Of a DNA stretch of 64,000 bases, positions 8,458-16,936 are shown piece by piece. This DNA comes from Ostreococcus lucimarinus (Eukaryota), in the NCBI GenBank assembly GCA_000092065.1, contig CP000587.1. One strand, 5' to 3'. Position 1 is the stretch's first letter, and every line of letters begins with the position of its first letter. Under the pieces are notes generated by a model. The model did no database searches, had not been told where the DNA came from, and saw only the letters and a list, made by a program, of their open reading frames with translations. A program made the translations under genes and the position numbers.

Positions 8458-11400
8458 ATGGGCGTCGATCGCGCTCGCGCTCGTAGGTTGACCGAGAGCG
8501 AGAACGATGACGACGACGACCGAAGTCTCGACGCGCGCGAGGAGGTTGGAGATGGTGACGACGAGAGTGACGAAGAAGATGTGGACGGGGATAGTGTTGT
8601 ACGCGCGTCTCTGGAACGCGCAAGCGAGCGAGATGCGGAGATTGCGGATGAGAGGGATACGCGAGTGCGAATACTTCTCATTCGCGAACGGGACGCCGAG
8701 TTCGCGCGAGATCCAAAATTTAAATCGCGATCAATCGCCGAGTTGAACAACGAAGCCGTGCGATATTTGAAAGCCGGAGACGATGTCAAGTGTGTGGTGG
8801 CTTACGCCAAGGTGTTTCGAAAGGTTTCTGAAAACAACGTCACGCACCCGACGCTATACGTGTGCCACTCAAATCGCGCATTCGCGTACTTGAACTTGGG
8901 TCTATTTCAAGAAGCTCTGTGGGATGGCCATCGCGCGCAGACATTGGCGAATGAGCGTTTCACGCAGTTACAAGATGACGACGGGAGTGTCAAGGTTTTC
9001 GTGAAGGGTTACGCGAGGAAGGGTTTCGCGCTCATGGGTTTGCGGGAACCGAAACTCGCAAAGCTCGAGTTTGAGCGCGGATTAACCATGAGCCCGACCG
9101 ATGAGGAATTGAAGCGCGGTTTGGAAGAGGCAACGCAAGCAGTCATTCGTGATTTATACATCGGACGCGGAAAAGAGAAACAATATGCCCTGCCGAGCTC
9201 CGGGAAAACGAGTGAGAGAATTTCGTCGCTGCCGTACTCGGCGCCGCTTCACCGTGTGCATCCTCGCGATATGCTGCCCAACACGCTATTGACCCCATTC
9301 CAAGCCGAAAATGATTATCATCTGAAGGACACGTACAATTATATGACGATTCAAGCCGATATTCGCGTCCCGAAGAGACATTTCAAGGTTTTACAAGACG
9401 ACGTTCGGCGCGCCAAGTTCTCTACGGCGATTAAATGCGCAATCGACAAGATGCACGACGACGCCAAAGATGCACGAGTTTTGAATATCGGTTGCGGTGC
9501 GGGATTAAATACAATGTTGGCGTTGAAACACGGTGCGCATCACGTGACGGCTACCGAGCGCTGGCTGTACCTCGCCATGGCTACGAAGGAGAATTTGTTG
9601 AACAACGGATACAGTGATGACCAAGTCAAAGTCGTGTACAAGCGTCCGACTGATCTCGCGTTGCTTCGCGATGTCCCAATATCGTGCAACGTGTGCGTGT
9701 GCGATGTATTTGACGACGGTTTGCTGAGTTCGGGGATCATTCCCGCCGTTAGGCATGCCTTGGACAAGCTATTGTTGCCAGACGCAGTCGTCATTCCGTC
9801 GAGCGCGACGCTGTACGCCCAAGCCGTCGATATGCGCACGCCCGCCTTTGACGGAATCAATCTCAGCGCGATAGACGGTTACAGATGGCACCCAACGTAC
9901 ATTGCAGGCATTGATTTATTCGAGAACGCGTACATCACTCTGAGCGATCCTGTGCAAGTGTTCCAATTTGACTTCCTCATGCCGCCAGACTGTAGCGAGA
10001 AGAAGACGATTGATTTAACGTTTACGAAGCGCGGCAAGTTCAACGCCGTGGTGTTTTGGTACGAGATGACTTTGATTGATGATGTGAAAATTTCAACAAA
10101 ACCTGGTGGTGAAGATTGTCCTTCTTCGATGCGCGCCGCTGTCCAGTTCATGCCCGGGAAAATATCAATAGAAGAAGGCAGCGTGTTGCCACTCACGTGC
10201 GCGCACAACACAGTCGGTATACAGTTTAGTGTCGAAGATGCAGAGTACGATCAAGTGACGAAAAAAGATGCCAGTTTTCCAAAATATCACTTTCACATGC
10301 TTCGCGATGAGGGGCGTCTGCACGCGTATTCGGACGCCCTCGGGCGTCAAGTTGCGCGAATCAAGGCTCGCGGAGACACGTGCAGGGCGCTCGACATCGG
10401 CACGGGAAGCGGTATACTCGCCATGCTCGCCGCGCGAGCGGGTGCGGATTCCGTCGTCGCTTGCGACACGCATCCATCGCTCGTGAGCGTCGCTAGACGA
10501 AATGTTGCCGCGAATGGTTACGGATCTCAGGTGAGCGTCCTGAAGCGCGACGCGACGCAACTCGAACGCGGCAAGCATGCGCCATACGACGGCGTTAATC
10601 TTATCGTTCTGGACGTCTTCGACGCCGGACTCACCGGAGATGACGTGTTGGACATGATAGAAGCAGCCCGTAAGCAATTGAGCGCATCTACGTGCGCAGT
10701 CGTTCCCGCGGCGGCGACGATTTATTGCGCAGGCATCGAAGCGTACACAAGCGAAGTCGACGGTTTCAACATGAGCGCCTTCAACAAGTATAGATGGGAC
10801 AGCACGTACGAGGCGACGTACATGCGAGACCAGCCTTACCGAGTGTTGACAAAACCCAAAAAAGTATTCGAATTCTTCTTTGATGACTCCCAGAAGAGCA
10901 AGGGCAGGGAAACCGTGCTAAAGATGGAGACAATCGCGCACGGCTACATGAATGCGGTGTGTTTTTGGTTTGATTTGCACATGGACGAAGAAGAGACGAT
11001 TACGACGGCACCGCTAGGGATTGGAAAGGGTGGTACAATTGAAAATCAACGCATTCTCGGCGACTTTGACGGTGCGCATGCGAAAAAGGTCATGTGCGAA
11101 TCTCTTCGCAGAGTTCGAGCGAACATGGCGTCGAATCCACGAAGCGAAGACTTTGAAAGCGACTCTGCGCGCGAGGGATCAAGCGACAGGACCGTTTTTG
11201 TCTCCGATGCCACGTCCTTAGGAGATGATGAATTCGACGACGACGATCGCGAGGAGCACTATTGGGGGCAGGCGCTGCAATACCTCGAACGCGGCGTCCA
11301 GGTGCGCGCGGGAAAGAAAATCGCGCTCTTGGCCAAGCGACAAAACGGCGGCGTGCACTTTAGTTTAAAAGAGGGCGTCGGAAATTGGGTAGGAAAACCA

Positions 11401-11700
11401 CCGTGGAAGATTGAATGGGGCGGCGGCGCGTCCGTGGAGAGCCCACATTTCCAGCGCGTGCACTATTGCCAATTGCTCGTCAACGATTTTCTGATGCGTC
11501 TACGATGCAAACGGTTCGCGCCGATCGAAAAAGACATGAAGATGATTCTCGCGCATTGCGGTGCGCTGTTTCTCGAGCCTCATAGCTTGACTGACATATA
11601 CCATCACTTAGTCATGCTAGAAGTGTACTTTGATTGGGAAGACTTCTCCCCGGGAACGAAGGTTGAATCGATGACGAAGCCGTGTTTGCGCCTGTGCTAA
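8458..11700 (+). CDS. PRMT9-like protein arginine methyltransferase: N-terminal TPR repeats followed by two tandem PRMT modules
   Basis: TPR-like segment (AYAKVFRK...HSNRAFAYLNLGLFQEAL...KGYARKGFALMGL). Module 1 has VLNIGCGAGLNTM...CVCDVFDDGLL. Module 2 has ALDIGTGSGILAM...LIVLDVFDAGLTGDD and a THW-like loop EHYWGQ. The [DE]xFDxxL loop is of the PRMT7/9 type. Confidence 0.75.
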   Translation: MGVDRARARRLTESENDDDDDRSLDAREEVGDGDDESDEEDVDGDSVVRASLERASERDAEIADERDTRVRILLIRERDAEFARDPKFKSRSIAELNNEAVRYLKAGDDVKCVVAYAKVFRKVSENNVTHPTLYVCHSNRAFAYLNLGLFQEALWDGHRAQTLANERFTQLQDDDGSVKVFVKGYARKGFALMGLREPKLAKLEFERGLTMSPTDEELKRGLEEATQAVIRDLYIGRGKEKQYALPSSGKTSERISSLPYSAPLHRVHPRDMLPNTLLTPFQAENDYHLKDTYNYMTIQADIRVPKRHFKVLQDDVRRAKFSTAIKCAIDKMHDDAKDARVLNIGCGAGLNTMLALKHGAHHVTATERWLYLAMATKENLLNNGYSDDQVKVVYKRPTDLALLRDVPISCNVCVCDVFDDGLLSSGIIPAVRHALDKLLLPDAVVIPSSATLYAQAVDMRTPAFDGINLSAIDGYRWHPTYIAGIDLFENAYITLSDPVQVFQFDFLMPPDCSEKKTIDLTFTKRGKFNAVVFWYEMTLIDDVKISTKPGGEDCPSSMRAAVQFMPGKISIEEGSVLPLTCAHNTVGIQFSVEDAEYDQVTKKDASFPKYHFHMLRDEGRLHAYSDALGRQVARIKARGDTCRALDIGTGSGILAMLAARAGADSVVACDTHPSLVSVARRNVAANGYGSQVSVLKRDATQLERGKHAPYDGVNLIVLDVFDAGLTGDDVLDMIEAARKQLSASTCAVVPAAATIYCAGIEAYTSEVDGFNMSAFNKYRWDSTYEATYMRDQPYRVLTKPKKVFEFFFDDSQKSKGRETVLKMETIAHGYMNAVCFWFDLHMDEEETITTAPLGIGKGGTIENQRILGDFDGAHAKKVMCESLRRVRANMASNPRSEDFESDSAREGSSDRTVFVSDATSLGDDEFDDDDREEHYWGQALQYLERGVQVRAGKKIALLAKRQNGGVHFSLKEGVGNWVGKPPWKIEWGGGASVESPHFQRVHYCQLLVNDFLMRLRCKRFAPIEKDMKMILAHCGALFLEPHSLTDIYHHLVMLEVYFDWEDFSPGTKVESMTKPCLRLC

Positions 11701-11814
11701 AGCACACAAACTTTTTAACACACATTTACTTCTCCTCTTATGCATTAAAACAACGTAACGTACAACGACTATTTGTGGCGCCGAATTTCCGACCAAGACC
11801 ATGACTACCCTCCT

Positions 11815-12370
11815 CTAAAACTGCAAGTTTGCGATTCTTTCCTTCTCCGCCTGTCGGCGCGCCAACTCGGCTCGTCCGGCCGCGGTCTTTTGCAGCTCGT
11901 GCACCGTCTTCTCCTTCCCACCCTTCACCGCAGCGCCTTGCGTCGTCACACCACCCGAAGCGGCGTGCGCGTCCGTCCAGTCTGCGAACACAAACGGGAG
12001 TTTGGCGTGTTTGCTATCCCAGTGCGCGACAGCCGTCTTCTCGCTCGGCGCGCCCTGCGCGCACACGGGACATTTGAACTTGGCGTGTCCCGCCGCTCCA
12101 CCGAGTCGGTCCGCCTTACCGCTCTTCCCACCGCCCTTGTTCGTGAGCGCGGCCGCAGCCTTACTCGCGAGCTCCTTCGCCGTGTGCTGCGCGATAATAT
12201 TCGCCGTCAGTCTCGTGGTCGCGTCGCGCGTCACGCGTGCGTCGCGCCCATCGCGCGTCCGTCCGCGGCGGCGGTCATCGCGCGGCGTCGTGCGGCGTCG
12301 CGCGGCGTCGCGACGCGACGAACGAACGACACGATGAACGAACCTTTTTCGGCTTCGCCTTTCCAGCCAT
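11815..12370 (-). CDS. SERF/4F5 + C2H2 (ZNF706-like) small basic protein, 2 exons: 12344..12370 (MAGKAKPKK) and 11815..12186
   Basis: Exon 2 encodes ...KGGGKSGK...AKFKCPVCAQGAPSEKTAVAHWDSKHAKLPF, matching the ZNF706 C2H2 (YTCTVC...FKQHFESKHPKTPL). No Met lies in frame upstream. ATGGCTGGAAAGGCGAAGCCGAAAAAG|GTTCGT (ORF 12275..12499(-) tail) gives a phase-0 first exon that joins to a cgcag| acceptor at 12187-12188. Confidence 0.5.
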
Positions 12371-12552
12371 CGCGCGCCGTCCGTCACCGTCGACCTTCGC
12401 GTCGTCGTGCGCGGCGCCCAGGCGCGCGCGTTCGAGACGTCGCCGCCGTGTCGGGCGGCGAGACTGCTTACTACACGGACGGCGACACGCGCGCGACACG
12501 TCGCTCGCCGTCCCACGCGCCGTTCCGTCTTTACTCGGCGCGCTCGATCACG

Positions 12553-13690
12553 ATGGCGACGACTCAAGAAGTGAAACTGTTCGGAAAGTGGACGTTCGAT
12601 GACGTTGAGGTGCGTGCGCTCCATCCCGACGCCGCGCGACGCACGCGCGGCGACACACCGGCGGCGATGCCGATGGCGATCGCGGCGTTTTAGGGTCTTC
12701 GCGAGGGCGTCGCGCGACGCGATCGCGCGCGCGCTGCGCGTCGATGAGCGCTCAAAATGAACGATGAGACTGACGAACGCGCGTGTTGGATTACAGATCA
12801 ACGACATCTCGTTGGAGGTTCGTCACCGAGACGAGCGATGCGCGCGAACGCGAGCGAGACGCGGGCGCGGAAGATGATTGGAAAACCCTGGCGCGTCCAC
12901 GGACACGTCGCGGGCGCGCCCGCGCGGCGCGGCGCGCGACGAACGCGAGACGCAGACGCGGAGTGGACGAGGGGCGATATAAAGCATCGTTTCGCTCGCT
13001 CCCGTCGGCGTGGACGCTCGCGGAACGACGACGTCGTCGGTGCCGTAGCACGGGGCTTTTGACTGGGACGTCGCGCGCCTCGAGGACGCAACGGGGGAAC
13101 TGCAGAATATGTCGTCGGGCGTGAAGCGACAACGTAGACGCGATCTCGAAACTGACCACACATCTGTTCGTCACGTCTCGCAGGATTACATTGCGGTGAA
13201 GCCGAAGTACGCGGTGTACGTGCCGCACACCGCGGGTCGATTCGCCGCCAAGCGTTTCCGCAAGGCGCAGTGCCCGATTGTTGAGCGCTTGGTGAACTCG
13301 CTCATGATGCACGGTCGTAACAACGGTAAGAAGTTGATGGCTGTTCGCATCGTGAAGCATGCGATGGAGATTATTCACTTGCTCACCGACCAAAACCCGG
13401 TGCAAGTGATCGTCGACGCCATCATTTACGCTGGTCCGCGCGAAGACGCGACGCGAATCGGTTCTGCGGGTGTGGTTCGCCGTCAAGCGGTCGATCTCTC
13501 CCCGCTCCGCCGCGTGAACCAAGCCATCTACTTGTTGACCACTGGTGCCCGCGAATCCGCCTTCCGTAACGTCAAGACGATTGCCGAGTGCTTGGCCGAC
13601 GAGTTGATCAACGCCGCCAAGCAGTCGAGCAACTCTTACGCGATCAAGAAGAAGGACGAATTGGAACGCGTCGCGAAGGCTAACCGATAA
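12553..13690 (+). CDS. RPS5: 40S ribosomal protein S5 (uS7), 3 exons: 12553..12609, 12797..12817 (21-nt microexon) and 13184..13690
   Basis: Exon 1 is [25 protein letters not shown]. The microexon is ttacag|ATCAACGACATCTCGTTGGAG|gttcgt (INDISLE). Exon 3 begins at cgcag|GATTACATT (DYIAVKPKY...). The spliced product FDDVEINDISLEDYIAVK aligns without a gap to human FDDVQINDISLQDYIAVK. The rest of exon 3 is near-identical to RPS5 through ...[18 protein letters not shown]. Confidence 0.9.
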
Positions 13691-13812
13691 GGGGTGAATC
13701 TTTCTGGCGTCGGAGACTATAGCTCATATACCGGTGTAAGAAGGAAAGGAAAATATAGCTTCAATAAACGCTTGCGTCGCGCGCGGAGTGATGCGTGTGC
13801 GAGGATTTCGAT

Positions 13813-14670
13813 TTATTTCACTTCTAACTTTTGCTGATTATGCCAAGCAACAACGTCGTCGTACTTGAGCGCACCACCGAAACAATCGAGGGCAGAACCT
13901 ACGGTGATGTCGACCATCCCTCGCCCAGCTGCTTTGACAAGTTCGAGATCGTCCAAGCTGCGTGCCCCGCCCGCGTACGTCACTGGAATAGGGCAGAATT
14001 CGCCGAGAAGTTCGACGAGTTTTAAGTCGATTCCCAGCTTCATCCCTTCCACATCCACGCCGTGAACTAAAAACTCATCGCAGCATTTCGCCAAACGCTC
14101 CATCGTCGACCCGTCCACGGCTAAATCGGTCCACTTTTGCCACCTATCCGTGACGACTTTGTACCGGCCGTCGGCGTCGTCCAAACGGCAGCTCAAATCG
14201 AGCACGAGTTTGTCCGCGCCGACCGCGCGAATCATCTCGCTCAGCGCGTCCTCGTTCAGCGCCCCGTCTCTAAATACATAGCTCGTCACGATCACGTGCG
14301 AAGCTCCCGCATCGAGCAACTCCGAGGCGTTCGTCGGGTTGACGCCTCCGCCGACTTGTAACCCGCCCGGGAACGCTCGCACCGCCTCTTTCGCCGCTCG
14401 CAACGTCGCCTCGTCTTTGCTCAGCAATATCGCGTGGCCGCCGTATATGCCGTCTCTTTTGTACATCTCAGCGAACGCCGAGCTCGGGGTTTCAGTCTCA
14501 AAATTCGTCGCCGGCGTCTCCGAACCCGCGTCCCCGGGGCGCGCATCTTTGAGCGTGCTGCCGACGATTTGTTTCACCTTGCCGTCGTGGATATCGATGC
14601 ACGGACGAAACCGAACCGCGCGCGCGTGCGGCGCGAGCGCATTCACCGCGACGACGGTCGCCGCGCGCAT
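13813..14670 (-). CDS. HIS6: ProFAR isomerase HisA (eukaryotic HIS6-type) with a short N-terminal presequence, histidine biosynthesis
   Basis: FRPCIDIHDGKVKQIVGSTL, the VLDLSCR...VTDRWQKWTD barrel and the C-terminal GxD motifs are present. ORF 13813..14820(-); likely start is MRAATVVAV at 14670. Confidence 0.8.
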   Translation of the reverse strand: MRAATVVAVNALAPHARAVRFRPCIDIHDGKVKQIVGSTLKDARPGDAGSETPATNFETETPSSAFAEMYKRDGIYGGHAILLSKDEATLRAAKEAVRAFPGGLQVGGGVNPTNASELLDAGASHVIVTSYVFRDGALNEDALSEMIRAVGADKLVLDLSCRLDDADGRYKVVTDRWQKWTDLAVDGSTMERLAKCCDEFLVHGVDVEGMKLGIDLKLVELLGEFCPIPVTYAGGARSLDDLELVKAAGRGMVDITVGSALDCFGGALKYDDVVAWHNQQKLEVK

Positions 14671-14860
14671 GTCGAGCCAACACCGAACGCCGCCGCCGCC
14701 GACGACGACTTTGCCGCCGCGCCGCGACGAACAGTGCGTCCCGAAACGAACGCTCGCGAACGACGAGGGTTTAGAATTTATTATGTGCTCGTGTGTGCAA
14801 ACACTCACAATACCTGCCACAAAAGTTCAATGCGCGTGCTCGTGGATCCGTGGATAAAAG

Positions 14861-14930
14861 ACGACGGCGACGGCGTTGGCGACGGCGACGGCGACGGCGA
14901 CGGCGTGGGCGATGGCGCCGACACACCGCG
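14861..14930. repeat. (GACGGC)n hexanucleotide microsatellite upstream of eIF2A
   Basis: Direct reading: gacggcgacggcgttggcgacggcgacggcgacggcgacggcgtgggcgatggc. Confidence 0.7.
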
Positions 14931-14974
14931 CCGACGCGCGCGACGGCGACGGCGACGCCGAGGGTGTCGGCGCC

Positions 14975-16708
14975 ATGACGCCTCTCATGACGGTCACCGA
15001 GCGCACGCCGATCGGGATGAAACACTGGAAGTTTCACGACTGCCCGAGCACCATCGGCGCGAGCTCGGACGCCGAGGCCGTGGCGGCGTACGATGCGCAC
15101 GACTTTCGTGCCGACGTCGTGGGCGGCGGTGACGACGTCGAGGCGCAGTGCGGTGATACGGCGACGTATTCGAGAGACGGGACGTTATTCGCGTGCGCGA
15201 ACGGCGATACGGTGGAAGTGTACGACGCGAGCGTCGAACCTTTCGCGCTCGCCGCGACGCTCGACGGCTTGCCGGGAGCGAGCGCGTTGAACTTTTCGCC
15301 GTCGAAGACGTATTTGGCGATTTATCAGAAGCAAACCTCCACGGGAGCGTCAAAGGATACGAAAAACATGACGATATGGAACATAACAGGTTTGACGACG
15401 AACCGCGCGCCGCCGCGCAAAGTGTACGAAGTGTTCCAAAGGCAGTTTCTCAAAGCCGAGTGGCCGTACTTTCAGTTTAGCGACGACGACTCAACCGCGG
15501 TTCGGTGCGTGAGTAATGAGATTCAAATCATTCGTCCGGCTGAGGGATTCGACAGACATGCTCGACTTCGAGTGCCTTCTGTGGCGGTGGCGAAAATATC
15601 GCACGGATCGACGCCAAGAGTGGCGTGCTTCGTACCCGAAGTCAAGGGCGCGCCTGGATCGGTTCGCATCTACGAGCTCGCTCAGCACACAGAAGAGGGG
15701 GTGGTGGAGAACCCGACGCCGGTCGCACGTAAGTCTTTCTTCCGCGTCACTGAAGTAGATTTGATGTGGGCCCCAGATGGCTCCGCGGTGTTGATTCTAG
15801 GCTCGAGCGAAGTCGACGCGACAAACAAGTCTTACTACGGCGAGAGCTGCTTGCATTACCTCAAGGCGGATGGCTCTTTTGAGGGTGCGGTGCCGCTGAA
15901 CAAGGAAGGACCCGTCCACGACGCGCAGTGGTCGCCTTGCAGCGACGAATTCGGTGTGGTTTACGGATACATGCCCGCGAAAGCGACGATTTATAAGGCG
16001 GCACAGTGTGAGCCCAAGTATGAACTCGGCGCGGGTCCGCACAACACGCTTCGATGGAACCCGTTTGGACGTTTCGTCGCTCTCGCCGGTTTCGGAAACT
16101 TGCCCGGTGACGTCAAGTTTTTTCAAAAGATGAAGGATGGTAAGTACAAACCCATCGGATCGACGCGGGCATCGTGTTCTGTGACGTTAGAATGGTCTCC
16201 GGATGGTCGAAGACTGCTCACGAGCACGATAGCTCCTCGCCTGAACGTCGACAACGGATGGAAAATTTGGAGGTACAACGGAGATTTGTTGCTCCACGAA
16301 GAGCGTGCGAAGATTTATGAGGCGACGTGGCGTCCAGTTCCCGACGGCACGTACGAAGATCGCCCGATTTCTCCCGCATCCAAGCGTGTGGAGAGCCAAG
16401 GCGGCGCGGTTTTGACGAATGCGTCGGAGGCCACAAAAGGGGCGTACCGTCCGCCGCACGCAGCGAAAACCGCGTACCGTCCGCCGCACGCCACGAGTGG
16501 AAGTGGTAACTTTAGTCTCGCCAAGGCCTCGGAAGAAGACATGAAGGCTGGAAAGTTTAAGGCGGCTGGCGCCAAGGAACCCGCCAAGGCGGACGCCGGC
16601 GTCCCGGGGGCGGGCGCGCAACTTTCAGCCGCGGCGGCTAAAAACGCAAAGAAACGAGCGGCGAAGAAACGCGCCGCGAGCGCAGCCGCGGCGTTAGAGA
16701 AACTTTAA
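14975..16708 (+). CDS. EIF2A: Translation initiation factor eIF2A (beta-propeller, Lys/Ala-rich C-terminal tail)
   Basis: YGYMPAKATIY, AGFGNLPGDVKFF, TSTIAPRLNVDNGWKIWRYNG and an AYRPPHA x2 repeat match human eIF2A blocks. The ORF starts at 14876; the homologous N-terminus begins at MTPLMTV (14975). Confidence 0.8.
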   Translation: MTPLMTVTERTPIGMKHWKFHDCPSTIGASSDAEAVAAYDAHDFRADVVGGGDDVEAQCGDTATYSRDGTLFACANGDTVEVYDASVEPFALAATLDGLPGASALNFSPSKTYLAIYQKQTSTGASKDTKNMTIWNITGLTTNRAPPRKVYEVFQRQFLKAEWPYFQFSDDDSTAVRCVSNEIQIIRPAEGFDRHARLRVPSVAVAKISHGSTPRVACFVPEVKGAPGSVRIYELAQHTEEGVVENPTPVARKSFFRVTEVDLMWAPDGSAVLILGSSEVDATNKSYYGESCLHYLKADGSFEGAVPLNKEGPVHDAQWSPCSDEFGVVYGYMPAKATIYKAAQCEPKYELGAGPHNTLRWNPFGRFVALAGFGNLPGDVKFFQKMKDGKYKPIGSTRASCSVTLEWSPDGRRLLTSTIAPRLNVDNGWKIWRYNGDLLLHEERAKIYEATWRPVPDGTYEDRPISPASKRVESQGGAVLTNASEATKGAYRPPHAAKTAYRPPHATSGSGNFSLAKASEEDMKAGKFKAAGAKEPAKADAGVPGAGAQLSAAAAKNAKKRAAKKRAASAAAALEKL

Positions 16709-16936
16709 TTCGAGTTGAAATACTAATCCGAGTTGAAATCACATCGCATCGCCACCCTCGTCGTCGCGCCGCCCTCGCGCGTGGTGTTCGTTCTGCGCTC
16801 TGACTGCACTCCATATGTAAAACCCCGGTCGGTCGCGGACGGCAGTCGACGCGACGTTTGGAACGCTTTATGGCGACGTTTGGGTTTGCCCGCACGCCGC
16901 GGCGCACCGTACGCACCGTGGCGCCGCTGACGACGC

